Assembly (NCBI GenBank): GCA_001717025.1
Contig: MAGU01000079.1
Span: forward strand, 1 to 60,815
Direction of reading: 5' to 3'
Length of the DNA stretch: 60,815 nucleotides
Source: Candidatus Methanomethylicus oleisabuli
Lineage (GTDB): Archaea; Thermoproteota; Methanomethylicia; Methanomethylicales; Methanomethylicaceae
Part shown: piece after piece, positions 19,045 through 26,050 of the stretch
How the letters are laid out: every line of letters begins with the position of its first letter
Numbering within the stretch: position 1 is the first letter of the stretch
Position numbers and translations under genes: made by a program
Notes under the pieces: generated by a model
Seen by the model: only the letters and a program-made list of their open reading frames with translations
What the model was told of the DNA's origin: nothing
Databases searched by the model: none

Positions 19045-19070
19045 CTTGAAAGGGAGTTCTTTAGATTCAA

Positions 19071-19146
19071 GCGGCCGTGGTCTAGTCCGGTCTAGGATAA
19101 AAGCTTCCCAAGCTTTGGATCCCGGGTTCGAATCCCGGCGGCCGCA
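19071..19146 (+). tRNA. tRNA-Gly (anticodon CCC), CCA not encoded
   Basis: Acceptor GCGGCCG/CGGCCGC, anticodon stem AAAGC/GCTTT with loop TTCCCAA, T arm CCGGG-TTCGAAT-CCCGG, discriminator A. 76 nt. Confidence 0.92.
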
Positions 19147-19160
19147 TACTAGAACCTTCT

Positions 19161-19775
19161 TTGCCCGCGTCAAAGAAGCCTTACCAAGAAAGGCGCTTTT
19201 TCAACAGGCGCGAAACGCGTACGGTACTGCCGCCGGAACGTACGGTACAGGTCCATGGTGGCGGGGCGCAGCTGAGGGAGTTCTACGAAGCGATAGACGT
19301 GGACTACGAGCGACTCGCCTTCCTCGGCTTCGCGGCGACGGGCCTGAGGCGCTCCGAGCTCCTCGAGGTGAGGATCCCGCAGATCGACCGGACCAACAGG
19401 GCGATAGTGCCCGGCCGCAGGTCTTCCATGAAGAGGAGCTTCATATCATTCTACAACAGCGAGTTCGAGGAGCTGCTTGACCCGTGGCTGAAGAGGAGGT
19501 CCGGCAGGCGCTCTGACAGGCTCTTCTCGGTCTGCGGAAGTTCCAAGTCCGTGATATTCATGATAGCCCGGAAGAAGACAGGCCTGCACATAACGCCGAA
19601 GGCCCTCAGGCTCTGGTTCTCGAACGAGATGGCGCGGTCAGGGATGCCGGACAGGTTCATAGACGCCTTCCAGGGGAGGATCCCGAGGTCGGTGCTGGCA
19701 AGGCACTGCACGGACTGCTCCCTCGAGACGCTCAAGGCGATATACGACAAGGCGGGGATTAGGGTGCTTTCATGA
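19161..19775 (+). CDS. tyrosine recombinase/integrase, catalytic domain only (truncated or partitioned)
   Basis: ATGLRRSELLEVR (box I Arg), ALRLWFSNEMARSG (box II-like) and GRIPRSVLARHCTD...AIYDK. 204 aa with a TTG start 14 nt after the tRNA. No N-terminal core-binding domain. Confidence 0.75.
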   Translation: MPASKKPYQERRFFNRRETRTVLPPERTVQVHGGGAQLREFYEAIDVDYERLAFLGFAATGLRRSELLEVRIPQIDRTNRAIVPGRRSSMKRSFISFYNSEFEELLDPWLKRRSGRRSDRLFSVCGSSKSVIFMIARKKTGLHITPKALRLWFSNEMARSGMPDRFIDAFQGRIPRSVLARHCTDCSLETLKAIYDKAGIRVLS

Positions 19776-19968
19776 GCATCCATTCTTAAATTCAGAGTAA
19801 GGAAAATAAGCGGCGGCGAAAAAAATTAACATATGAGATTTACCGACGTCCACGGAATGGTGACGCTCCTGGCGGTCTTATTCGCTGCCGGCGTGGCGGA
19901 ACCGTGCGGATAAATGTTATATCTTTAAGCCGGTTAGTTTTTATTATGGATTGGCATGTTAATCTTCA

Positions 19969-20175
19969 TTGGCAGGATTTGGTAGCGGCCGGCTTCATCT
20001 CATCTGGATATGGGCCGCCACCATGGCGATCACTAACGTAAGCATCTTGCCGTTCAGCTTACCAATGCTTGTTTTGTATGCTTTTTATCTTTGCGCCTCT
20101 TTTGTCTATATTCCCATATACGCAGTATGGCGCTTTAGGTTATTAAAAAAGAAGAAGGGATTAGGGATTAATTGA
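19969..20175 (+). CDS. small hydrophobic protein (about 50-68 aa), hypothetical
   Basis: MAITNVSILPFSLPMLVLYAFYLCASFVYIPIYAVWRFRLLKKKKG is a TM segment plus a basic tail. Likely start ATG 20023. Competing 31-aa ORF at 19947 in another frame. Confidence 0.3.
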   Translation: MAGFGSGRLHLIWIWAATMAITNVSILPFSLPMLVLYAFYLCASFVYIPIYAVWRFRLLKKKKGLGIN

Positions 20176-20431
20176 CGTAGAATCCACAATCGTTGATCTG
20201 CGCGGCTAGTGTTCCGCCGATGGTTTCAGCGCTGACCTGCACGTACTTTAGAATTACCGCAGACATGCCGTGGCACTTCCTCAGGTGTATCGCCAGGCCG
20301 AGCCAGGAGGCGCACCACCTCCTGCACCCCATGCGGCGGCACCTCACCCTGCCGCCCGGGAGCTCCTCGCCGCAGTCTATGAGCGAAGGCCTCCTGTTCA
20401 CGGCGCAGCACCGGTGGAGTACTCGCCGCAC
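20168..20431 (-). CDS. hypothetical Cys/Arg-rich protein with a C2H2 zinc-finger-like pattern
   Basis: C-x4-C-x12-H-x4-H (CRRMGCRRWCASWLGLAIHLRKCH). High third-position GC and AGG/AAG/GAG usage like host genes. GTG start. All three frames are open here, so the call is tentative. Confidence 0.35.
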   Translation of the reverse strand: MRRVLHRCCAVNRRPSLIDCGEELPGGRVRCRRMGCRRWCASWLGLAIHLRKCHGMSAVILKYVQVSAETIGGTLAAQINDCGFYVN

Positions 20432-20580
20432 GGCAGCGGTGGCGGTTCTTGGTGCTCAATGGCTTTGCCACAATCTTGGCAATGAGGGCCATTTATCTCG
20501 TAGATTGGCGGGGGGCAGGCCATTATCGCATCGGCCATAGGGACGGCGATCACGGTCGCGTTCATCGCGGCATGTTCCAT
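20398..20580 (-). CDS. hypothetical Cys-containing small protein (zinc-ribbon-like CxxC)
   Basis: MEHAAMNATVIAVPMADAIMACPPPIYEINGPHCQDCGKAIEH... The track ORF extends to TTG 20685, but that part overlaps a TATA box. Overlaps the next ORF by 34 nt in another frame. Confidence 0.25.
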   Translation of the reverse strand: MEHAAMNATVIAVPMADAIMACPPPIYEINGPHCQDCGKAIEHQEPPPLPCGEYSTGAAP

Positions 20581-20647
20581 ATTGACGCCGAATACGCTTG
20601 GATTCGCCTTGTAGCATGCCAGTTGAAGCGGCAGGCATTCTGCCGGA

Positions 20648-20655
20648 TTTATATA
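20648..20655. promoter_or_regulatory. TATA box, possibly bidirectional
   Basis: TTTATATA is centred about 27 nt upstream of ATG 20679 (plus strand, leaderless geometry). It is also about 70 nt upstream of ATG 20580 (minus strand). Confidence 0.4.
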
Positions 20656-20678
20656 CCGAAGGCTCGATTCATAGAGCC

Positions 20679-20846
20679 ATGGCAAGGCTGCATCTCAAGC
20701 TTGTGCTTATAATCGTGGTGGCAGCATTCCTGCTCTACATGGCGTGGCACGCGATGGAGTCGGGCAACTTGGGAGTCGCCATTTTGAACACATTGGTGGC
20801 AATAGCGCTGATGATTCTGGCGTTTGTTAATAGGGACGGCCTCTGA
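20679..20846 (+). CDS. small two-TM membrane protein (55 aa), hypothetical
   Basis: MARLHLKLVLIIVVAAFLLYMAWHAMESGNLGVAILNTLVAIALMILAFVNRDGL has two hydrophobic helices. The ATG sits at leaderless distance from the TATA at 20648. Confidence 0.45.
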   Translation: MARLHLKLVLIIVVAAFLLYMAWHAMESGNLGVAILNTLVAIALMILAFVNRDGL

Positions 20847-20909
20847 AGGGATAGAAGAGTGACGGGATAGATAGATGGATGGCTGGCAAGCAGCTTCCCA
20901 CCCATATGA

Positions 20910-22688
20910 TCACAGAACCCTTCTCACGACGCCACTCTGGTCGACGATCAGCGCCACGGAGTCGCCCGGCGCAGCCTGCTGGATCTTCAGCATCTCGGCG
21001 TCGGTTATCAGCCCAGAATTCACGAGCACGTTCACCTCGTCGGTGCCGTTGTTCACGGTCAGCCACTGATGGGTGTTGCCGTCCTTGGTGTAGGGCTCGA
21101 ACTTGGCGGTAAGTGTTCCGTTGACCGCGACGAGTTCGTCCGCCGGCTGCTCGGTGTCGCCGTAGAGCTGCCTGAATCCTGCCTTCGCCCTCTCAACGAG
21201 CTGGGAGCCGGTCGCCCCGCTGGTCTCGATTAGCTCGATATAGACCTTATTCTGCTCCTGGGAGTCGACGAGCGCCAGCCCTGCGAGTCCGACGAGACCG
21301 CTCGAGCTCTCGAAGTATATCGGCACGAACCAGACCTGCTTGGTGGCGTTCCCGACCTGTATCGGGTAGAGCAGCTCCATCGCGGTGTAGTACTCGGTTC
21401 CGGTCCTCTGCGTTATCTTGCTCATGGCGACGGAGCCAGCGGCTATGCCAGAGATCATGTTCTCGTCGCTGAGGTCGTAGTAGTAGATGCCGGACGGCGT
21501 GGCCTTGAAGGCACCGGCAAGCGAGAGGTCGCCGTTGTCCCTGACTGGGTGGACCATAGTCAGTGCGACTATCTGGTTGAGGTCAGGGTCGTAGATATAG
21601 CGAGTGTCCTCGGAGATCTCTACGCGGTTGCTACTGGGGGCGATCCAGAGGAAGCCGGGCGCGAATATGTCGAACCCGTCGCCCCTCTTGTGCGAGCCCC
21701 AGTCGCTTATCCCGCCCTCAAGGAAGCCCTGCTCGTCGTATGCCTGCACGATCCAGGAGGGCAAGGTCGTGTTGCTGTAGTGGGTAAGGTATTGACCCTG
21801 CTGGTCGAGGATGTAGATGCCGGCGTACCTCCTCACGAATGAGAGGTCCGGCTGGAAGGCGGTGATCGCGATGACCCACTCGCCGTCCGCGTTCTGGACG
21901 GGGTAGACGTCGCCGTACTTTATCGCGGTGTCTATCGTGTAATAGCCGTATGCCTTCGCATTACCATATGCGCCTATTATGGGGTTGAAGTCCAGCCCGT
22001 CAGCGATGGCGAACGTCTCGTTCTTTATTATCGTCGGCGGCATGTTCGGATCGTTGCCGTCGACTATTATAAGGCCGGAGACGCGGTATGTGGCGCCCCA
22101 CGACTCCTGTCGGGCGACGAGAACGACCCAAGAGAGGCGCCCGTTGTAAGTGGTCAGCTGCTGGTCGATTATGAGGGTGTTGCTGCCGAACTCGCTCATG
22201 TGCTGCCTCGCGATTGAGTTGGCAAGCTCCTCAGTCGTCAGCCTCACCATATTGTTAGGGATATCGCTACATATAGGATGCCCATCGGCCTTATTTATGA
22301 AGCCGTCGAAGTATAGTGCGTTGTTGTAGGTCGCAAGGAATGAGGCTGCAGAGTAGCTGACTATGAATGCGAGGACCACGGCGACTGCGGCATACTTGAT
22401 TGTGCGCCCCACGCCAGCTATCGCAGCCTCGATGGCGGTCCAGAAGATTAGCCATCCCGAGAAGATCCAAATCATGGTAGAGTCGGGGATGCCGCCGCGC
22501 CAGAATATCATGATCACAAGCGTAACCGCCAGGATCAGCCTTGTGGGCAACATGATGCGATAGTATGCTGCCTCCCATATACTCATGCGCGCCCTATTGT
22601 AAATCCGGTTCCTGATCATGGAAGGTATAGGAAGGCCGCCAAAGACGACCCAAAGCAGAAGCCATATGAACCAGTACAATATGCCCAC
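20910..22688 (-). CDS. orphan membrane protein: 4 N-terminal TM helices plus about 430-aa extracytoplasmic domain
   Basis: 592-aa ORF with host-like codon usage and a GTG start. TM helices in residues about 1-125, then a Tyr/Gly/Asp-rich soluble domain. No family recognised with confidence. Confidence 0.8.
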   Translation of the reverse strand: MGILYWFIWLLLWVVFGGLPIPSMIRNRIYNRARMSIWEAAYYRIMLPTRLILAVTLVIMIFWRGGIPDSTMIWIFSGWLIFWTAIEAAIAGVGRTIKYAAVAVVLAFIVSYSAASFLATYNNALYFDGFINKADGHPICSDIPNNMVRLTTEELANSIARQHMSEFGSNTLIIDQQLTTYNGRLSWVVLVARQESWGATYRVSGLIIVDGNDPNMPPTIIKNETFAIADGLDFNPIIGAYGNAKAYGYYTIDTAIKYGDVYPVQNADGEWVIAITAFQPDLSFVRRYAGIYILDQQGQYLTHYSNTTLPSWIVQAYDEQGFLEGGISDWGSHKRGDGFDIFAPGFLWIAPSSNRVEISEDTRYIYDPDLNQIVALTMVHPVRDNGDLSLAGAFKATPSGIYYYDLSDENMISGIAAGSVAMSKITQRTGTEYYTAMELLYPIQVGNATKQVWFVPIYFESSSGLVGLAGLALVDSQEQNKVYIELIETSGATGSQLVERAKAGFRQLYGDTEQPADELVAVNGTLTAKFEPYTKDGNTHQWLTVNNGTDEVNVLVNSGLITDAEMLKIQQAAPGDSVALIVDQSGVVRRVL

Positions 22689-22713
22689 TCCGATAGAAGG
22701 TGTACATGAGGTG

Positions 22714-22721
22714 ATTTAAAA
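22714..22721 (-). promoter_or_regulatory. TATA-like box for the 592-aa gene
   Basis: Minus strand TTTTAAAT is centred about 29 nt upstream of the GTG at 22688 (near-leaderless). Confidence 0.35.
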
Positions 22722-22761
22722 CTTGGGTTGCGGATCCGCATACGCTGGGCTGAGAAACTGC

Positions 22762-23433
22762 TCATATGATGCCAAGAGCGCGCTCGAGCTCGTGTGAGAG
22801 CATCGATGCGACGACCCATGCATCTAGCGGCGACCTGTATAGGGAGATCTTCTCGTCTGCGAGTTCAAGGTCGGCGCCGTAGAATTCGCCCCTCTGGAAG
22901 CCGCCTATGACGAAGAGGGGGTTCCCCTTGACTGCCTCGGCGTAGTAGTCGCCCTTTGGGGTCCTGCCGGCCTCGGTCAGGAACGCCACCTTTGAGTGCT
23001 CGACGTTATTTACCAGGTCTGAGAGCCTGCCTTTCTTAAGTACCATGAGCGGCAAGCCGGATGGCGGGATCCTGTTGATCTCGAAGAGCTGCTCAATGAG
23101 TCCGACGAACCTGCTGTAGTTCCTCGGCAGGTTGATGCCAGGGTCGATCTCTATTATGAGATCCCTTGCGGTATGGACATAAACCCTGAGCTGCCGCTCC
23201 TTGTTTATGGGCCTCTCGAGGAGGTTGAGGAGGGTCAGGTATGTTATGTCGGGCCTCCCGCGACGCCCCCAGTCCCGCATATTCTTCATGGCGGCGTAGT
23301 GGTAGGATATGTCTAGGAGGGTCTGCTCGGGCTTCTTCCCCCTCCTCTCCGCGGTACGCGTAACGGACGGATGATCCAGCAGGTCATGAGGGACCGTCTC
23401 GAGGGCGGCTTCAGCTATGACTATAGTGATCAT
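22762..23433 (-). CDS. nep1: rRNA small-subunit pseudouridine methyltransferase Nep1 (Emg1)
   Basis: IVIAEAALETVP, GRPDITYLTLLNLLERPINKE and INLPRNYSRFVGLIEQLF match the SPOUT-class Nep1 family. Confidence 0.9.
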   Translation of the reverse strand: MITIVIAEAALETVPHDLLDHPSVTRTAERRGKKPEQTLLDISYHYAAMKNMRDWGRRGRPDITYLTLLNLLERPINKERQLRVYVHTARDLIIEIDPGINLPRNYSRFVGLIEQLFEINRIPPSGLPLMVLKKGRLSDLVNNVEHSKVAFLTEAGRTPKGDYYAEAVKGNPLFVIGGFQRGEFYGADLELADEKISLYRSPLDAWVVASMLSHELERALGII

Positions 23434-23581
23434 GTGAATCCACCACTTGAAGGATCAATGCCCGGTTGCTAATGAAGAATGGAATCGTGCATATAAACAT
23501 GCCCAAACCGGGAGCCCCACGCAGAGGTATGAGTGGCGCCGGGCGTAAAAGGCATGCATTTGATCTGGGGATAGGTGCGTT

Positions 23582-23664
23582 GAAGTAGAAAAAGATGAGT
23601 TGGTAAGGGAAGGAGCCAGGAAAAAGATGGCAAGAGAAAGAAAAGAGGGTGCAGAGGGAGGGTG
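23582..23664 (-). terminator. pyrimidine-rich tract with T5 runs downstream of aEF-2
   Basis: The minus strand is about 85% pyrimidine over about 83 nt, with TTTTT at 23631-23635 and 23589-23593. It starts 36 nt after the aEF-2 stop. Confidence 0.3.
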
Positions 23665-23699
23665 TGCCAAATGCAGACTGCCCTGAAGGCGCCGCCCCA

Positions 23700-25913
23700 C
23701 TACATAGACATGAACTCTTCTGGCCTCGGCGGATTTGGAGAGAGACCCTTCCTCTCGCGGATCTTCCTGACCGTCTCCACGAGCAGGCTCGATGGAACCG
23801 GTGCCCAGCGTGCAAACTCGGTGCCCCAGAAAGCCTTGCCTGCGGTGGCGCTCCTCAGCTGATCTGAGAGGTCGAAGGTCTCTGAAACGGGCAGCTCGGA
23901 GACAAGGTGCATCACGGGCGTGTTGCCGACCTGATCCATGCTTATGATCTTCCCACGCTTTCCTGCGACTATCCTGGTCACGCCGCCGAGGAACTCCTGC
24001 GGAACCTTCATGTCAAGCTTCATTATAGGCTCAAGGAGTATCGGATTGCATGACAGGAAGCCCTGGAATATGGCGTCCCTTATAGCGGGCATGATCTGTC
24101 CCGGACCCCTGTGTGCAGTGTCCTCGTGCACATTGGCATCAGTCAGCTTGACCTTGAGGCCCCTGATCGGCTCCTTTGCGAGGGGTCCCTCGGCAACGTC
24201 CAAGCGGAATGCCTGGATTATGGTATCCTTGATCTCGCGGATGTACTGGAGGCCCTTTGTAGCATCGACGAATACGTTGACGAAGGTATCGATTGCCCAG
24301 ATGCCCTTCGCCTCGTCGTTGTCCCACCCAGCCTGCTCGCGGAGTATCTTGACCCGCTCCTTGGTTTCTTGGTCGTCGTGGACTTGCCCGCTCTGTATGA
24401 GCTGTATGGTCTGCTCGTTGAGGGGCTCGACGTAGACGTATAGCCGGTTGTGCTTGTTGGGCGACTTGCCCTCGTAAGGACCGCCCCTTCCGGTCAGGCT
24501 CTCCCTGTAGACTACGATCGGAGGAGTTGTCGTGATCTCGATGCCGCCCGTCCTCTGCTTGAGGTCCCATAGCGCAATCTCAAGGTGGAGGCTGCCCATA
24601 CCAGCTATCAGGTACTCGCCGGTCTCCTGGTTGATCTTTACTGTCAGCGTGGGGTCCTCAATTGCCATCTTGTGGAGCGCATCGATCAGCTTTGGCAGGT
24701 CCCTGCTGTACTTCGGCTCTATTGCGGTGTTGACGACTGGGTCGGAGATGTACTTCATCTTCTCGAACGGATGCATCGCGTCCTTGTCTGCTGGGCGCAC
24801 TAGAGTCTCACCCGACCTTGCATTATCCAGACCTAGCAGCGCAACGATGTTGCCTGCCAACATCATCGGGCAGATCTCCCTGTATGGTCCCATGTAGAGG
24901 CTGACCTGCTGAACCCTGCCTTCAGCCTTGGACATCAGACCGTAGACCTGCTCGCCCTCGTGGATCGTGCCTGAGAAGACCCTGCCAGTGACGACGGGCC
25001 CTGCGTGAGGGTCAACTATGACCTTGTTGACGCATATGACGAGCGGACCGTTCTCATCGCACTCGCACATAGCCTTGCCGATAGGGGACTGGACGTCACC
25101 CTTCCAGATCTTCGGGATGCGGTACGCTTGCGCCTCAACGGGGTTCGGGATGTGGTCAGCAGCCATGTCTAGTATCGCAATGTGCAGCGGGAACTCCTTC
25201 TGCAGCCGCTCTATCTCGCCCTTGTTGTAGGAGTCGACGATGTCGGAGAACTTCCACCCCTTTGCTTGGATGATAGGCAGCGTGAACCCCCACTTGTGGA
25301 GCGCAGATCCGAATGCTACCTGCCCCTTGTTCGGGTTGACCTTCCACTTCTCCTTGAACTCCGGGTCTGCATACGAATCCAGCAGTGCGTTGAAGTCCCT
25401 GATTATCTTGAGCAGGCGCTCAAGCACCTCTTGCGGGCTGAGCCTGAGCTCCTTGATGAGCCTATCGACCTTGTTAATGTAAAGCAGTGGCTTGACCTTC
25501 TCATCCATAGCCTGCCTCAGGACGGTCTCGGTCTGGGTCATGATGCCCTCGACGCTGTCCACCACCACGATGCCGCCGTCCATAACGCGCAACGAGCGGG
25601 TGACGTGACCGGTGAAGTCGACGTGACCGGGGGTATCGACGAGGTTTATGACAAAGCTCTGGCCATCCTTCTCGTGAAGAAGGCTCACGTTTGCGGCTTT
25701 GACGGTCATCTGCCTGAGCTGCTCAATCTCAACGTAATCCAGTGCAAGGGCCTGCGCCGCTATCTTCTGCGAGATGAGACCAGCACCCGCCAGCAGGCTG
25801 TCAGAAAGGGTCGTCTTGCCATGATCAACATGCGCAAGGGTTCCAATGTTCCTGACGTTCTGCTTATTACTCATGAGTTTAATGATTTCATCAGTCTGTT
25901 TATACTTCGGCAA
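23700..25913 (-). CDS. fusA: elongation factor 2 (aEF-2)
   Basis: NIGTLAHVDHGKTT, DTPGHVDF and NKVD, 737 aa, with the diphthamide-loop region HEDTAHRG. TTG start. Confidence 0.97.
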   Translation of the reverse strand: MPKYKQTDEIIKLMSNKQNVRNIGTLAHVDHGKTTLSDSLLAGAGLISQKIAAQALALDYVEIEQLRQMTVKAANVSLLHEKDGQSFVINLVDTPGHVDFTGHVTRSLRVMDGGIVVVDSVEGIMTQTETVLRQAMDEKVKPLLYINKVDRLIKELRLSPQEVLERLLKIIRDFNALLDSYADPEFKEKWKVNPNKGQVAFGSALHKWGFTLPIIQAKGWKFSDIVDSYNKGEIERLQKEFPLHIAILDMAADHIPNPVEAQAYRIPKIWKGDVQSPIGKAMCECDENGPLVICVNKVIVDPHAGPVVTGRVFSGTIHEGEQVYGLMSKAEGRVQQVSLYMGPYREICPMMLAGNIVALLGLDNARSGETLVRPADKDAMHPFEKMKYISDPVVNTAIEPKYSRDLPKLIDALHKMAIEDPTLTVKINQETGEYLIAGMGSLHLEIALWDLKQRTGGIEITTTPPIVVYRESLTGRGGPYEGKSPNKHNRLYVYVEPLNEQTIQLIQSGQVHDDQETKERVKILREQAGWDNDEAKGIWAIDTFVNVFVDATKGLQYIREIKDTIIQAFRLDVAEGPLAKEPIRGLKVKLTDANVHEDTAHRGPGQIMPAIRDAIFQGFLSCNPILLEPIMKLDMKVPQEFLGGVTRIVAGKRGKIISMDQVGNTPVMHLVSELPVSETFDLSDQLRSATAGKAFWGTEFARWAPVPSSLLVETVRKIRERKGLSPNPPRPEEFMSM

Positions 25914-26050
25914 CTTCCTACGCCTCTCAAATGTTAACTAAGAGGCGAAATGCACAGAGGTTTTTAACCTTAACGGCTTGAGTGATGGCTGGGAATAGCC
26001 CGAAACAGCCGGTACCCCAAAAGGGCGACGGCATGGAAGGCGCCGCTTGC

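Larger units (their letters stand above)
19147..22743. mobile_element. putative integrated-element remnant / accessory islet at tRNA-Gly
   Basis: Contains an integrase fragment abutting the tRNA 3' end, an AT-rich segment, small orphan ORFs and an orphan membrane protein. The only candidate boundary repeat is the 8-mer CCGCATAC (19142-19149 and 22736-22743). Confidence 0.35.

Noticed and set aside
19046-19480. 144-aa plus-strand ORF running through tRNA-Gly
   Set aside because: It reads across a tRNA gene in a different frame from the integrase homology. It is Arg/Gly-rich junk.
20193-20540. 115-aa plus-strand ORF, and other overlapping ORFs (20226-20492, 20270-20485, 20449-20712), in the islet
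   Set aside because: Every frame is open in this GC-rich patch. These frames give Ser/Arg/Pro-rich sequence without motifs. I kept only the two minus-strand Cys-rich frames, and those only tentatively.
22736-22743. 8-mer CCGCATAC as attR of an integrated element
   Set aside because: It is retained only as a weak hint in the islet finding. An 8-nt match is expected by chance many times in 60 kb. No longer copy of the tRNA-Gly 3' half was found by eye.
23411-23815. ORFs of 134 and 81 aa in the aEF-2/Nep1 spacer
   Set aside because: They are driven by the homopyrimidine tract (Ser/Phe/Leu/Pro-rich) and overlap the aEF-2 3' end. They are better explained as terminator/promoter spacer.
25182-25937. 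251-aa ORF antisense to aEF-2
   Set aside because: It is opposite a near-certain essential gene. Its Leu/Asp/Val-rich composition mirrors the complement of EF-2 codons.
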